Origin: Lytechinus pictus
Taxonomy: Eukaryota
Length of the DNA stretch: 64,000 bases
Assembly: GCF_037042905.1 (NCBI RefSeq)
Contig: NC_087245.1
Span: 17,672,001 to 17,736,000 of the forward strand
Direction of reading: 5' to 3'
The translations under genes and the position numbers were made by a program. Each line of letters starts with the position of its first letter. Positions within the stretch are counted from its first letter, which is position 1. The notes under the pieces are model-generated. The model did not search any database. It was not told where the DNA came from and was given only the letters and a program-made list of their open reading frames with translations. Of the stretch, positions 13,185 through 25,300 are shown in pieces.

Positions 13185-13965
13185 TCTCCCTCTTCCGTTT
13201 CGCATCTCCCTTTCTTTCTTTTTTCTTTCTCTTATCCTCATTCCCCTTCCTTCCTTTCTCTTTCTTTCTCTCTTTCGTTCCCCCTCTTCTTTCCCCCCTT
13301 TTCTTCTCTTTTCCCCCATCTTTTCTTTCCCCCTTTTCTTCTCTTTTTCTGTCTTTTCTTTCCCTCTTTTCCTCTCTCTTTTCTCGTTTTTCCTCTCTTC
13401 CTCCCTTACTCTCTCTTTTTTTCTTCTCTTTTCCTCTCTTCCTCTCTCTCTCTCTTTTCTTATCTTTCTTCCCATCTTCCTCTCTCTTTAAATATTATTC
13501 TCTTCCTTCCTCTTTTTTTCTTCTTCTTTTCCCCCTTTTCGTTATTCTTTTCTTTTTCTTTCCTTTCCCCCTTTTTTCTCTTTTAATTTTTTTCTTCTCT
13601 CCCTCCCCTTCCTCCCTCTCCCTCTTTCTTCTCTTTCTTTCCCCTCCTCCTCTCTCTCTCTCTCTCTTTTCTTATCTTTCTTCCCATCTTCCTCTATTTA
13701 AAAATTCTTCTCTTTCTTCTTTTTTTTTTCTTCCTTTTCCTCCTTTTCCTTTCTCCTTTCTTTTCTTCTCTTCTTTTTCCCTCCTCTTTTTTTCCTCTTC
13801 TTTCCCCTTTTCTTCTCCCTTTTTTCCTTTGTCTTTCCTTTCCCCTTTTTCTTCTCTTCTTCTCTTACTTTCTCCTTCTTACTCTCTCTTCTATTCTCTT
13901 CTTTTCCCATCTTCCTCTCTCTTTTTTTATTCTCTCTCTTTTCCCCTCTTCCCCCTCTTTTTTTG
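13185..13965 (+). repeat. ~780 bp polypyrimidine (CT-rich) low-complexity tract
   Basis: Almost only C/T on the + strand. Confidence 0.95.
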
Positions 13966-15559
13966 AGCTGGGGTGGGGGGGGGGGGGGTGAGGCAGTTCC
14001 CCCTCCGCCAACCATGGATCCGCACCTGATAGAACCCCATGGCCTCGTATCATTTGACATTTGGACCTCTCGATGACATTTGATATATCTGATCATAATT
14101 TTACACACACTGCGGACTATCGGACCCGCGGTCTATCGGACCCGCGGACTATCGGACCCGCGGTCTATAGGACCCGCGGTCTAACGGACCCGCGGTCTAT
14201 CGGACCCGCGGTCTAACGGACCCGCGGTCTATCGGGATGTCCCCAGAACACGAGCCCTCTCGCCTCTGTAAAAAATGGCTCCTCGTTGACCGCGCTGTCC
14301 TGTCTTTTCGCCTTTTTACGGAAGCTTAAGAGTGCCACCGAGATGACGAGATAATTCATCGTCTTCTCGACTTTTTTGGTCCGAGAAGGCGAGAAGGCGT
14401 GATCCGGCATCTCGTCTTCTAAGCCTTTTTTGGTCCAATAAGGCGAGAAGGTGAAATTCCAAATCACGTTTTCCCGACTTCTCGGGTACGAGAAGGGGAA
14501 AAGGCGACATTTGGAATCTCGTCTTACCGACTTCTCGGGTACGAGAAGGGGAGAAGGCGACATTCCAATTCTCGTCTTCCCGACTTCTCGGGTACGAAAA
14601 GGGGAGAAGGCGACATTCCGAATATCGTCTTCCCGACTTCTCGGGTACGAGAAAATGAGAAGGCGAGATTTGGAATCTCGTCTTCCGACTTCTCGGGTAC
14701 GAGAAGGTGAGAAGGCGAGATTTGGAATCTCGCTTTCTCATCTGCTCATACCCGAGAAGTCGAGAAGACGAGGTTTGGAATCTCGCTTTCTCACCTTCAC
14801 ATACCCGAGAAGTCGAGAAGACGAGATTTGGAATCTCGCTTTCTAATTTCCTCATACCCGAGAAGTCGAGAAGACGAGGTTTGGAATTTCGCTTTCTCAC
14901 CTTCACATACCCGAGAAGTCGAGAAGACGATATTTGGAATCTCGCTTTCTCATCTTCACATACCCGAGAAGTCGAGAAGACGAGATTTAGAATCTCGCTT
15001 TCTCATCTTCGCATACCCGAGAAGTGGAGAAGACGAGATTCCAAATGTCGCCTTCTCATCTGCTCATACCCGATAAGTCGAGGAGACGAGATTTAGAATC
15101 TCGCTTTCTCATCTTCACATACCCGAGAAGTCGGGAAGACGAGATTTGGAATCTCGCTTTATCGCCTTCTCGTATCCGAGAAGTCGAGAAGACGAGATTT
15201 GGAATTTCACCGTCTCGCCTTATAGGACAAAAAAAGGCTGAGAAGACGAGATACCGGATCACGCCTTCTCGCTTTATCGGACCCAAAAAGTCGAGAAGAC
15301 GAGGAATTATCTCGTCATCTCGGTGGCACTTTTAAACATCCGTAAATATTGCCTGATTAGATACATAATCCCGTTCAAGAGGATTAAATGGAGCCATGCA
15401 TTTTCAAGTCATACACCAAATATTTTTCCTCGAGCGCTCGCCTGGCCTAATTCGCTTTGTGAATTAGGATATCCCTCGCTTCGCTCGGGAAGCAGCCGCC
15501 AGGGCCTCGACAAGCATGACAAGAGGCTACGTCAGTGGCTGTTCAGACAGCAGCATCAA

Positions 15560-15840
15560 ATGCAGCACCATCAACCGGAAAAATTATACAGTAAAAATTA
15601 TTTCTACAGGAGCACCTCAAGGCTCAGTCCTTGGGCCGCTGCTATTTACCATCTTTATTAACGATCTACCAATACAAGTCGAGACGTTTTCTCATGTACT
15701 GTTGTAATGTTTGGTCTAATCGATTTCTAAACAATAACGAAATACTTAATCAACTGCACAAGCGAGCAGCGTATAGGGCTATTATATCCGGTTTCTCTTG
15801 GATGACCCCATCAAAACAGGTATTTTATCAACTTACAACC
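15560..15840 (+). pseudogene. Degraded LINE reverse transcriptase fragment; repeated at ~32120-32400 and ~48710-48990
   Basis: TGAPQGSVLGPLLFTIFINDLP matches the GVPQGSVLGPLLF..YINDL RT motif of CR1/L2/Jockey-group LINEs; deleted and fused to YCCNVWS...LHKRAA. Confidence 0.75.
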
Positions 15841-16481
15841 AGCACAACAAAATGTTGATTTGATTTGAATAAAAAGAGAAAAATCCAAAAAGCATAACAC
15901 TTAAAATTTCATCAGAATCGGTTGTAAAATGAGAAAGTTATGACATTTTAAAGTTTTGCTTAATTTCAAATTTTCTCCTCATCGTCAAGTGAAATAACGA
16001 TTAATTCTTCCCTGAACCCGTGGAATTAACATCGTATAGATGTGCATGGACGTCATTGGACGAAGCGGGTATTGGACGAAACTGGGTCGACGGACGAACT
16101 GACTGACAATTTGGTCGAAATGATTATGTCGGGGCACTGTGGGCAATGGTAATGGACCTGAATCAGCAAAGCCCCCCCCCCCCCCAAAAAAAAAAAAAAA
16201 AAAAAAAAAAACGAAAGAAGGAAGGAAAGAAAAATGGGCTAAGGTAATCAATTTCAATGGGGTTTTATTGACCAAATGTCGTATATTCCCTGGAATATTT
16301 CTGTCATCTGACAGAAGAAAAAAAAAGACACCTTTGTTTCAAGACTCGTGAAATTTACAAACATTTTTAGGTGTAAGTCATGAATATTCATATATTCCCA
16401 TGTCCCACTTTTTAAATACATTTTTTAGTTATTTATCTGCATCTTCACTTCGTTATTGCGTTGTTTTAAGTTATACTAATT

Positions 16482-18436
16482 CATAGGCGGATCCAGGGGG
16501 ACCAAGGGGCCCAGGCCCTCCCAATTGGCGGAGCAACAAAAAAAGAAAAAAAAAGGAAAGAAAGAAAAAAGGGAAAAGAGAGGAGAAAAAAGGAGAGGAG
16601 GAAGACGAGTGAATGAAAAAAAAGATTAAAATGAGGGGAAGACTTGGAAAATAAAAAGAATATTTCATGTCACTAGGTCTATATAAAATTTTCGCTCGCG
16701 CTTCGCGGTCAAACTGTTAGGTGATTTACATAACTTGTTCAACGTGGAGCTTAAATATCAATTTCACCTCGGAAATCAAACTTTCATTATTTTGTGTGAT
16801 TTACAAATTGATTTTTATAAAGTGCTCTGTACAAATATTTTGATTTATCAGGTACTTATTATTTTCGTGTATTCCATACAATTTTCAAAATATCCCTTTT
16901 CAGGTCTGATTGTCAAAACGTATCAGCTAGCGCTGCTCGATCGCCTTTTGATTGGCGAGTTATGTATGTGTCAATTTTGATTACGCAACAAACTACTTAA
17001 AATCCTTTGTTCATGACTGCATGAATTTCTACTCTTGATTTGCACTCACATTAATTCCGCGCCCTCATTATGCATTGATAAATAAGATATCAATTTAATA
17101 ATTAAATTGTCCCTTTTGTTTCATCTCGCGCTTGGCAAGAGGAATAGAAAGATAGTCATCATTTTTGTATGATGACATGTCCTAAGGATGTCCCGGTCCT
17201 ATGTCAAAACTCAAAATAATAATAATGAAAAATATCAGCTCTTTATTAAGTGCAATCTATATCCACCTCACAATTTTCCTACAAAGTGCTTGAAATAATG
17301 AGCTGAATTTGACCCTTTTTAGATCGGAATATCAAATATTTTATGCTCGCGCTTCGCGCTCGCTTTGATTTCCATGATAATATGTACTTTTAGAATGCCT
17401 AGATTGTAGGATTAAATCTGAAACAGGCGCGCGTGCATCTGCTCGCGCTTTGTCCTCGCATTATTAATGTAGGAAGATCCCCTTATTACTCATCCTTTTC
17501 ATGACAATGCATAATAGAGTGTCCCGTTTTTAGGTCTAAATCTCGATTTTTTCCGCTCGCGCTTCGCGCTCGCATCAATTGTTTAGTTATCACGATTACA
17601 AATATTGATTAAAATTTTCCATTCTTTACGTACTAGAAATGTCAAAAATTTTCAGCTCGCGCTCGCATTATATTGATTGTTGAAATATTTAACGTCTTCA
17701 TGGCTAAGTGCTAGCAGTCCTTAACAGGTAGGGCCTACCTTTTCGATCAGTTCAAAACTCTGCTCACGCTTTGCGCTCGCATTATTAATGTAAGGAAGAT
17801 CCCCAATTACTCATCCTTTTCATTATTTAAAAAACATGAATAGAGTGTCTCGTTTTTAGGTCTAAATCTCGAAATTTTCGGCTTGCTCTTCACCCTCGCA
17901 TCAATTGTTAAGTTATATACCTGTTCTGTTTAAATTACAAAAAGTGCATAGAATTTCCAATCTTTAGGTAAAAGTGTCAAAAAATTTCAGCTCGCGCCTG
18001 ACGCTCGCATTATTTGATTGTTGAAAATTATGTAACGTCTTCATGGCTAACTGCAAGCAGTAGGTAGGGCGTAGGCCTACCTTTTCGATTAGTTCAAAAC
18101 GTGTATTAAAAATTTCTGCTCGCGCTTCTCGTTCGTAGTAGAGTTGCATACACATCTTTTTCAGGATAACAAACATTGCCTACAATGTCCAAATTTTAGG
18201 GAAAAATACATAAAATAAAAAAGATTGCTCGCTTCGCGCTCGCATTATATAAATTATGATTATGATATTATATATTTATGTTGATTTATAAGAGTAATGC
18301 TAAGAAGCAACTATTAGAACCACCCCTTCAAAGAAACAAACAAAAATCATGTTCGAGCGGCCGATCGGGGAAAATATGGCTGAAAAAAAATTCCGCCCAC
18401 CCCCCCCCCTATTGGCGAAGGCTGGATCCGCCCCTG
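16482..18436 (+). mobile_element. ~1.95 kb non-autonomous TIR element upstream of each gene (also 33130-35068, 49729-51705)
   Basis: TIR CATAGGCGGATCCAG / CTGGATCCGCCCCTG; flanking duplication CTAATT; dispersed GCTCGCGCTTCGCGCTCGC motif. Confidence 0.75.
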
Positions 18437-19233
18437 CTAATTGTCTTGTTATTGTATTTGTATATCATAAAAGCCAAGTCCACCCCAGCAATCAAGAAGT
18501 GGATTTGGAGAAAATGGAGAAAAATCAAACTACTATAATTATAACGCTGCATCATGAGACGGCTATTCTGATTGGAGGTTTACTAGGCATTTAATTAATT
18601 AAAGTTCTCATCGAGGAAAAGTTTTTCATCACGGTCAAATGTTATTAATGCTTGATCGAGAGCTCGATAACTCTCTAAACTATTGTGGTGGCAGCATACT
18701 ATTTTCAAAAGGTTATTTTGATAGGGTCTCGCATTACAATAGAGACGGGCACATTACCTCAATAGGCAAATCCTTGTTGGGCCTATTTAAAGCGACACAT
18801 TTTGCAAATTGCATGTCTTTTCTCTAAACAACCTCTAAATGTAAACTGAAACTAATCAAACTAATTACTCTGTCAGAGTTGTATAAAGGGCTTATCCCAT
18901 TCATCAAAATCTACGGCAATTTTTTTTTTCGCTTAAATCTGTATGCCAGAGTGCACATAATAATGACTCTAATCCTCGGTAAACTTGAGCAAAAGTTGCC
19001 ATAATTAAGCGAACCTTTTAAATAAAATTCACAATTATCGATTATACCATCACGACAACTTGATACTTTATATATAATGTATACCAATTTGATGAGCATC
19101 AATAGCAAAGGCCAGATATTGCAGAATAAATATAATATTCATGAACTTCTTTGTGATAGCTAATTATGTCCTTCATACAAACGTCCTTGGCTCGATGGCG
19201 TTATTCTCCCATGCAGCGAATGGGAGGCCTCGG

Positions 19234-19240
19234 TATAAAA
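19234..19240 (+). promoter_or_regulatory. Candidate TATA box (TATAAAA) of copy B; equivalents at 35870-35876 and 52506-52512
   Basis: ~140 bp upstream of the first in-frame ATG, conserved in three copies and preceded by a CTCCCAT..ATGGGAG dyad. The ATG exon also has a possible acceptor (ctctcag, 19362), so the true TSS is uncertain. Confidence 0.4.
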
Positions 19241-19372
19241 TGTTGATATCATTACTGTAACAACGGCACATTCAGATGAACAAATTCTTAATTCTGAGAG
19301 AGGAACTATACCTCTTTCACATTTCACGAAACTATTTGAAGATTTCCTTCTGCTGCTCTCAGGACTCGGTGC

Positions 19373-22300
19373 ATGAAAAAAACATCAGTAATCATGGTAA
19401 GCTCATACTTTCTATTATTATTATTATTACTATTATCATTATTACTATTATCATTATCGCAGATTTCACACCCGTCATGATTTATCATGGACATAATTAC
19501 GGTTTCATGATGTTTACTTTTACTTCTTAGGCCAATTTTCCATTTCCTTTCTTGGTCAATTAAAAAAAAATGAACTAAAATAGTTGCCTGTTATGTACAT
19601 GTTGCACTCCTGTATTTGTCCCCCCCCCCCTCATCTCTCTCTCTCTATATATATATATATATCTCTCTCTCCCTCCTTGAACAGTCTTGAAAACAAGTCC
19701 TTATTCTTTTTTAATGTTCGATTTATTTAGGGAAAATTGATTTTGTATTCAGTTACGTCCATCACAATCGTCATGGAATTCTTAATTGATATCTCTTTCT
19801 GCTTCTTTCAGTCTGTCGTATGCTCATCACAGAGTTTGCCTATTTTCCTGTTCCTCATTGCAGTGAGTTTCGTTCATGGTGGTAAGTTTGAATTTGATAT
19901 TTTGACCCTTTTTTATTTGTATTGATTATCATGATTACAAACAAAACATCTCATAATTACTGTAGACAAAAAGAAAAACAACAGAAAAAATAACTAAAAT
20001 AATAATCAGAATAACAATATCAATAAGAATATAAAGTGACCCGGTTTTTAATCATACACTTCTTATAATATTTTTGCGATACATAAATCGCGGTATAATC
20101 TGTGAAGAGAATGTAATGTTGGATTGTAACATAGCCAATCCTTACTATCTTTTCAACAGTAAAGTAAATTGTGGAGAAAACACTCGGAATGATCACGAAT
20201 GTTTTATAGATCCCGTGATCCCACTTTTATTTTTTGTAACTTCCAGTTTAGTTCATACTTCAGTACTTTACATATTTAAAATAAATATTAGGGGAAACGC
20301 ATAAACGATCAAAATTACCGTCTTGTCGATTTTTTTTTACAATACAGTTGCTGAATTAAAAGAGCTTTGCGACCCAGACCCTGTATTATGTAAGAACATC
20401 ACTCTATCTGGAGGGAGATCGATTCAACTCATTCCAAGATTAGCATCACCATCAAACGATCCTGAACCAGTTCTGGTAAAACTCCCATCTTGGCGCCATT
20501 TTGTCTGTGTTTTACCGAAAAGAAATGGTGAGTGCATAAAAACGATCTTCTACAGATATTTTAGACATAATAGGCCTATGTCCCCTTATATCATAAGATT
20601 TCGCAAAAATATTTTCTAGGCTATTTGGATTACTGTTGCTCATTTCACCTTTCTTTAGATGGGTATTATGACCGGTTCCCTCGAGCCATTTGGCGCATCT
20701 ACCTCCCGGATCTTCCTGTTCCTATAATATGCTAAAGAGATACTGTAACCGGCGTGTGGTCTATCGTGTTTAAATATTTCTGGAGGAGCTGCATCTGTTA
20801 CAGGTGCTCTTCGAATTGTTATTTTTGTGTGACATTGTAGAGTTTTGCTTCTGACCAAATTGCTTTGTTGCACCAAATATGCAAAAGTCTATACATGTTA
20901 TTCATTGGCAGCGGAACGGTTTTGAAAGGGGGTGGGGCTGAACATACATAAAATCGCAATCATGGTCATTTTTGCGTTTTTGTACAAAGTTTTAGGAAAA
21001 GTGGGGCTGAAGCCCCTAGCACCCCCCCCCCCCCCCCCCCCCCCCGTTCAGTGAGCCATGTTAATATGTAAATGTGGAAGGGTCTGGTTATTTACAGACT
21101 TCATTATTAAAGGAGAATGAAACTCTTGGAGCAAGTTAGCTTTTGTGAAAGCAGAAAAATCAAAGAATAAGATCAACAAAACTTTGAGTAAAATAGGACT
21201 AGCAATAAAAGGGTTATGAGCATTTGAATGTCGAGATCACTAATGCTATGGAGATCCTCCCATTGGCAATGCGACCAAGATCTGTGATGTCACACACGTA
21301 CAACTCTCCCATTCGGACACTGAAAATATACCCCAAAACATCTCTTTTTGCTCATTCTAATCATATGACAAACGATTCATCAATGATATAATGTTGTAAA
21401 ACCTCTGTACTTGTCATCTCATAAAGAAAACACCTAACCTTGTGATAGACTCTATAAAAGTGAGAATATAAGTGAAATAAGTACTAAAGTAATGTGGGAG
21501 TTGTACGTGTGTGATATCACAGATCTTGGTCGCATTGCCGATGGGAGGATCTACATGGCACTAGTGATCTCAATATTCAAATGCTCATAACTTTCTTATT
21601 ATTCATTCAATCTTCCTCAAACTTTTAACAATATGTTTCTTTGATTTTTCTCTTTGATATGGATTCAGCTAGTTTCAAGGGTTTCATTCTCCTTTAACTT
21701 GTCCCCTTGTTTGTCCTTCATTTCGGATCGTGCTTTCCTACTATCTTTTGCAAAGAGCGATTTTGTACGATTCGTATTGACTGCATCCTATGCAGTCTGC
21801 TTCCTTTTCTTGAACCATGGACCGTGTTTATCAGTGTTTCGTAAATATCTTATCGAGAATAGTACTTCTATACAATGTGCCTTTACACTATCTTCTATAG
21901 GCCGGCCAGACCGGATTCGTTAATGTTTTTGTTCTCTTCCATCATCATGATCATGTGTCCATGTTTCTACTACAGGAAGTTCTGTCCCAACACAATCACC
22001 ATCCGTAAATAGTTTTTTAATTAGCATTATTATATCGTCTTTGTATTATTATGTCAATATCGTAGAGAATCCTACGGATACATCACCACCACTAGAAACT
22101 CTCGATGGAGGAAGTTCGACAACCTCGCCAGAAATTTCATCCAGTGGATCAACTGAAGCTTCGTCAGAACAAGCAATGTCAGGCTCAGTAACTACTCCAT
22201 CAGAACCTACGACCAATGGTAAAACAAGCCCCCAGCCCCCCTTCTCGGTTCCGTGCCCATAATAATCTGTAAAAGCTCCATGGTTAAAGTGATAGGGTCT

Positions 22301-25300
22301 GATAATACTTCCATAATGATTTTCCTCGTTTGTCCTTTATGTCGGATCATGCATTCCTCCTAACCTTTTTGCAGTTAGGTATCGCGATTTTGTACGATTC
22401 TTATTGACCCAATCCTGTGCAGTCTTCTTCCTTTTCTTGAACCATGGATCATGTTTTTCATTGTTCCTTTAATGTCTCATCGAGAATAGTACTGCTATCA
22501 ATGTTTCTTCTAGACCAGACCGGTTTTGCTAATGTTTTTGCTCTCTTCCATTCATCTATGATCTTCCATGTTTCTCCTACACGAAGTTCTTTCCTAACAC
22601 AATCACCATCGGTAATTGGTTTTTATGTCAATATCGTATAGATACTCCCATGGATGCATCACCGCCCCAAGAAACTCCTGGTGGAGGAAGTTCGACAACT
22701 TCACCAGAACTTTCTTCCAGTGGATCAACTGAAGCTTCGTCAGAACAAGCAATGACCCCAATGACAGGCTCTTCAACTACTCCATCAGAACCTACGACCA
22801 ATGGTAAATCAAGCCCCCAGCCCCCCTTCTCGGTTCCGTGCCCATAATAATCTGTAATAGCTCCATGGTTAAAGTGATAGGGTCTGATAACACTTCCATA
22901 ATGATTTTCCTCGTTTGTCCTTTATGTCGGATCATGCATTCCTCCTAACCTTTTTGCAGTTAGGTATCGCGATTTTGCACGATTCTTATTGACCCAATCC
23001 TGTGCAGTCTTCTTCCTTTTCTTGAACCATGGATCATGTTTTTCATTGTTCCTTTAATGTCTCATCGAGAATAGTACTGCTATCAATGTTTCTTCTAGAC
23101 CAGACCGGTTTTGCTATTGTTTTTGCTCTCTTCCTTTCATCTATGATCTTCCATGTTTCTCCTACACGAAGTTCTGTCCTAACACAATCACCATCGGTAA
23201 TTGTTTTTTATGTCAATATCGTATAGATACTCCCATGGATGCATCACCACCCCAAAAGACTCCTGGTGGAGGAAGTTCGACAACTTCACCAGAACTTTCA
23301 TCCAGTGGATCAACTGAAGCTTCGTCAGAACAAGCAATGTCAGGCTCAGTAACTACTCCATCAGAACCTACGACCAATGGTGAAACAAGCCCCCAGCCCT
23401 CCTTCTCGGTTCCGTGCCCATAATAATCTGTAATAGCTCCATTGTTAAAGTGATAGGGTCTGATAACACTTCCATAATGATTTTCCTCGTTTGTCCTTTA
23501 TGTCGGATCATGCATTCCTCCTAACTCTTTTGCAGTTAGGTATCGCGATTTTGCACGATTCTTATTGACCCAATCCTGTGCAGTCTTCTTCCTTTTCTTG
23601 AACCATGGATCATGTTTTTCAGTGTTCCTTTAATGTCTCATCGAGAATAGTACTGCTATCAATGTTTCTTCTAGACCAGACCGGTTTTGCTAATGTTTTT
23701 GCTCTCTTCCATTCATCTATGATCTTCCATGTTTCTCCTACACGAAGTTCTTTCCCAACACAATCACCATCGGTAATTGTTTTTTATGTCAATATCGTAT
23801 AGATACTCCCATGGATGCATCACCACCCCAAGAAACTCCTGGTGGAGGAAGTTCGACAACTTCACCAGAACTTTCTTCCAGTGGATCAACTGAAGCTTCG
23901 TCAGAACAAGCAATGACCCCAATGACAGGCTCTTCAACTACTCCATCAGAACATACGACAGACGATGCAGCGACAACTTTGTCACACCCTACAACAATTC
24001 CTTCTACGGAGGCTTTACCTGAAACCACAACAAAAGGAACCTCAGGTGTGAATTCGTGTAAGACGCTCTATTCAATGGGGCATCAAACAAGTGGTGTCTA
24101 TGCCATCTCTCCTAGCGGTGTGGGTCTGACCGATGTCTACTGCGGTATGACCACCGATAGCGGAGGGTGGACAATCTTCCAGGTACGTTCCGCCAGGTTC
24201 TCGGTGTGAAATGAATCTATCCGATGTTTATGTTTTATTAAGATGGTCAATATTTTTGCTTAATCGCATCTTTTTTTCGTTTCTCTTTTCTTTTCTTTTT
24301 TTAAAAGAACTTTTGCTCTATCCACCATTTCATTCTGGCCTCTTCATCATGTTAATATAGGCCAAATAAGTAGAATTTTGTAGACTTGCTCGCTTCGCCC
24401 GCTCACAATTTTTCTGAAATATTCCAACGTATCTAAACTCAACCTTCTCTTGCACGCTCACTATTCGATAATTTTTTTCACATATCACATCCTTCACAAT
24501 AATAATATGCATACAGAAACGTTATGACGGATCTGTGGATTTTTACCGCAATTATACCGAGTATGTTCGTGGATTTGGTGACGTCGAGGGCGAATACTGG
24601 TTGGGATTAGACCAACTCTACTTACTTGCTAAAGATGGAGTCGAACTCAGAATCGATATGGTTGATTACGATAACAATCCATTCTACGCTCATTATGGCA
24701 GTTTTAGCATTGGAAGTACCAACACCAAGTAAGGTTCTTACAATTTTCCTTCGCTATAATTATAGAGAGAGCGTATGGAAAACGTTACATTTTGGAAAAG
24801 CTGTCAAAATTACGCTTATTAATGAAGTATCATTGTGTAATATCTCTAAAATCTTCTCTATTAGATGACACCACGAGATATTTTGTACATGCTTGAGCGC
24901 AAAACGACATGTTTTATCAGGGTGACGAGAATGGCTTGCACCATAATGAAGGAATGGGCAGTCAAATCAAATGATTTGCTCGAGTTATTAAGATCTTTTC
25001 ACATACTATTTATTCTTGATTAGTACAGGATAGAAGAGGCATAACCTTGTTTTTACATATATATTATATTTTTTGATGGTTTCTTGTCAATTTTAGAGTG
25101 CTGATTACGAATCTGAATGATGCCACTCGTGTAACCTTGAGCATTTCCCGCAAATTGGCAAAATCCAATATGGCCGCCAAAATATGCAAATTACCCATGA
25201 AAATCATAAAAATTGCCTGCACATTGGCAACAAAATGCATGAAATTGTGTGGCAGGAGTGAAATACTCGCTGAATAAATAATTTTTGACAAAATATATAT

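Larger units (their letters stand above)
9990..14028. mobile_element. Nested hAT-like non-autonomous element
   Basis: TIR CAGGCGCGGATCCA / TGGATCCGCACCTG; 8-bp TSD ATAGAACT/ATAGAACC; interrupts the right arm of 8744-14243. Confidence 0.75.
8744..14243. mobile_element. Nested long-TIR element (MULE/Merlin-like; 8-9 bp TSD CAGAACACG) with 16-bp terminal repeats CCGATAGACCGCGGGT
   Basis: TSD at 8735-8743 and 14244-14252. Left arm 8744-9125 is the reverse complement of 9870-9989 plus 14029-14243. Confidence 0.8.
7849..15344. mobile_element. 7.5 kb non-autonomous composite TIR transposon (TACGG...CCGTA, 6-bp TSD AATATT; IS3EU-like termini)
   Basis: ~75 bp near-perfect TIR plus subterminal 53-bp arrays. 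TSD at 7843-7848 and 15345-15350. Empty site ggtgctAATATTgcctg at ~31898-31914 in the next unit. Confidence 0.9.

Noticed and set aside
13143..14108. F/S/L-rich and K/E/R-rich ORFs
   Set aside because: Artefacts of the CT/GA low-complexity tract.
19276..19530. 84-aa ORF overlapping the first coding exon
   Set aside because: Out of frame with the gene, runs into an intronic ATT repeat and is disrupted in copy C; at most a uORF.
22444..22641. Repeated 65-aa ORF MDHVFHCSFNVSS...
   Set aside because: Intronic part of the 580-bp repeat; conservation reflects recent duplication only.
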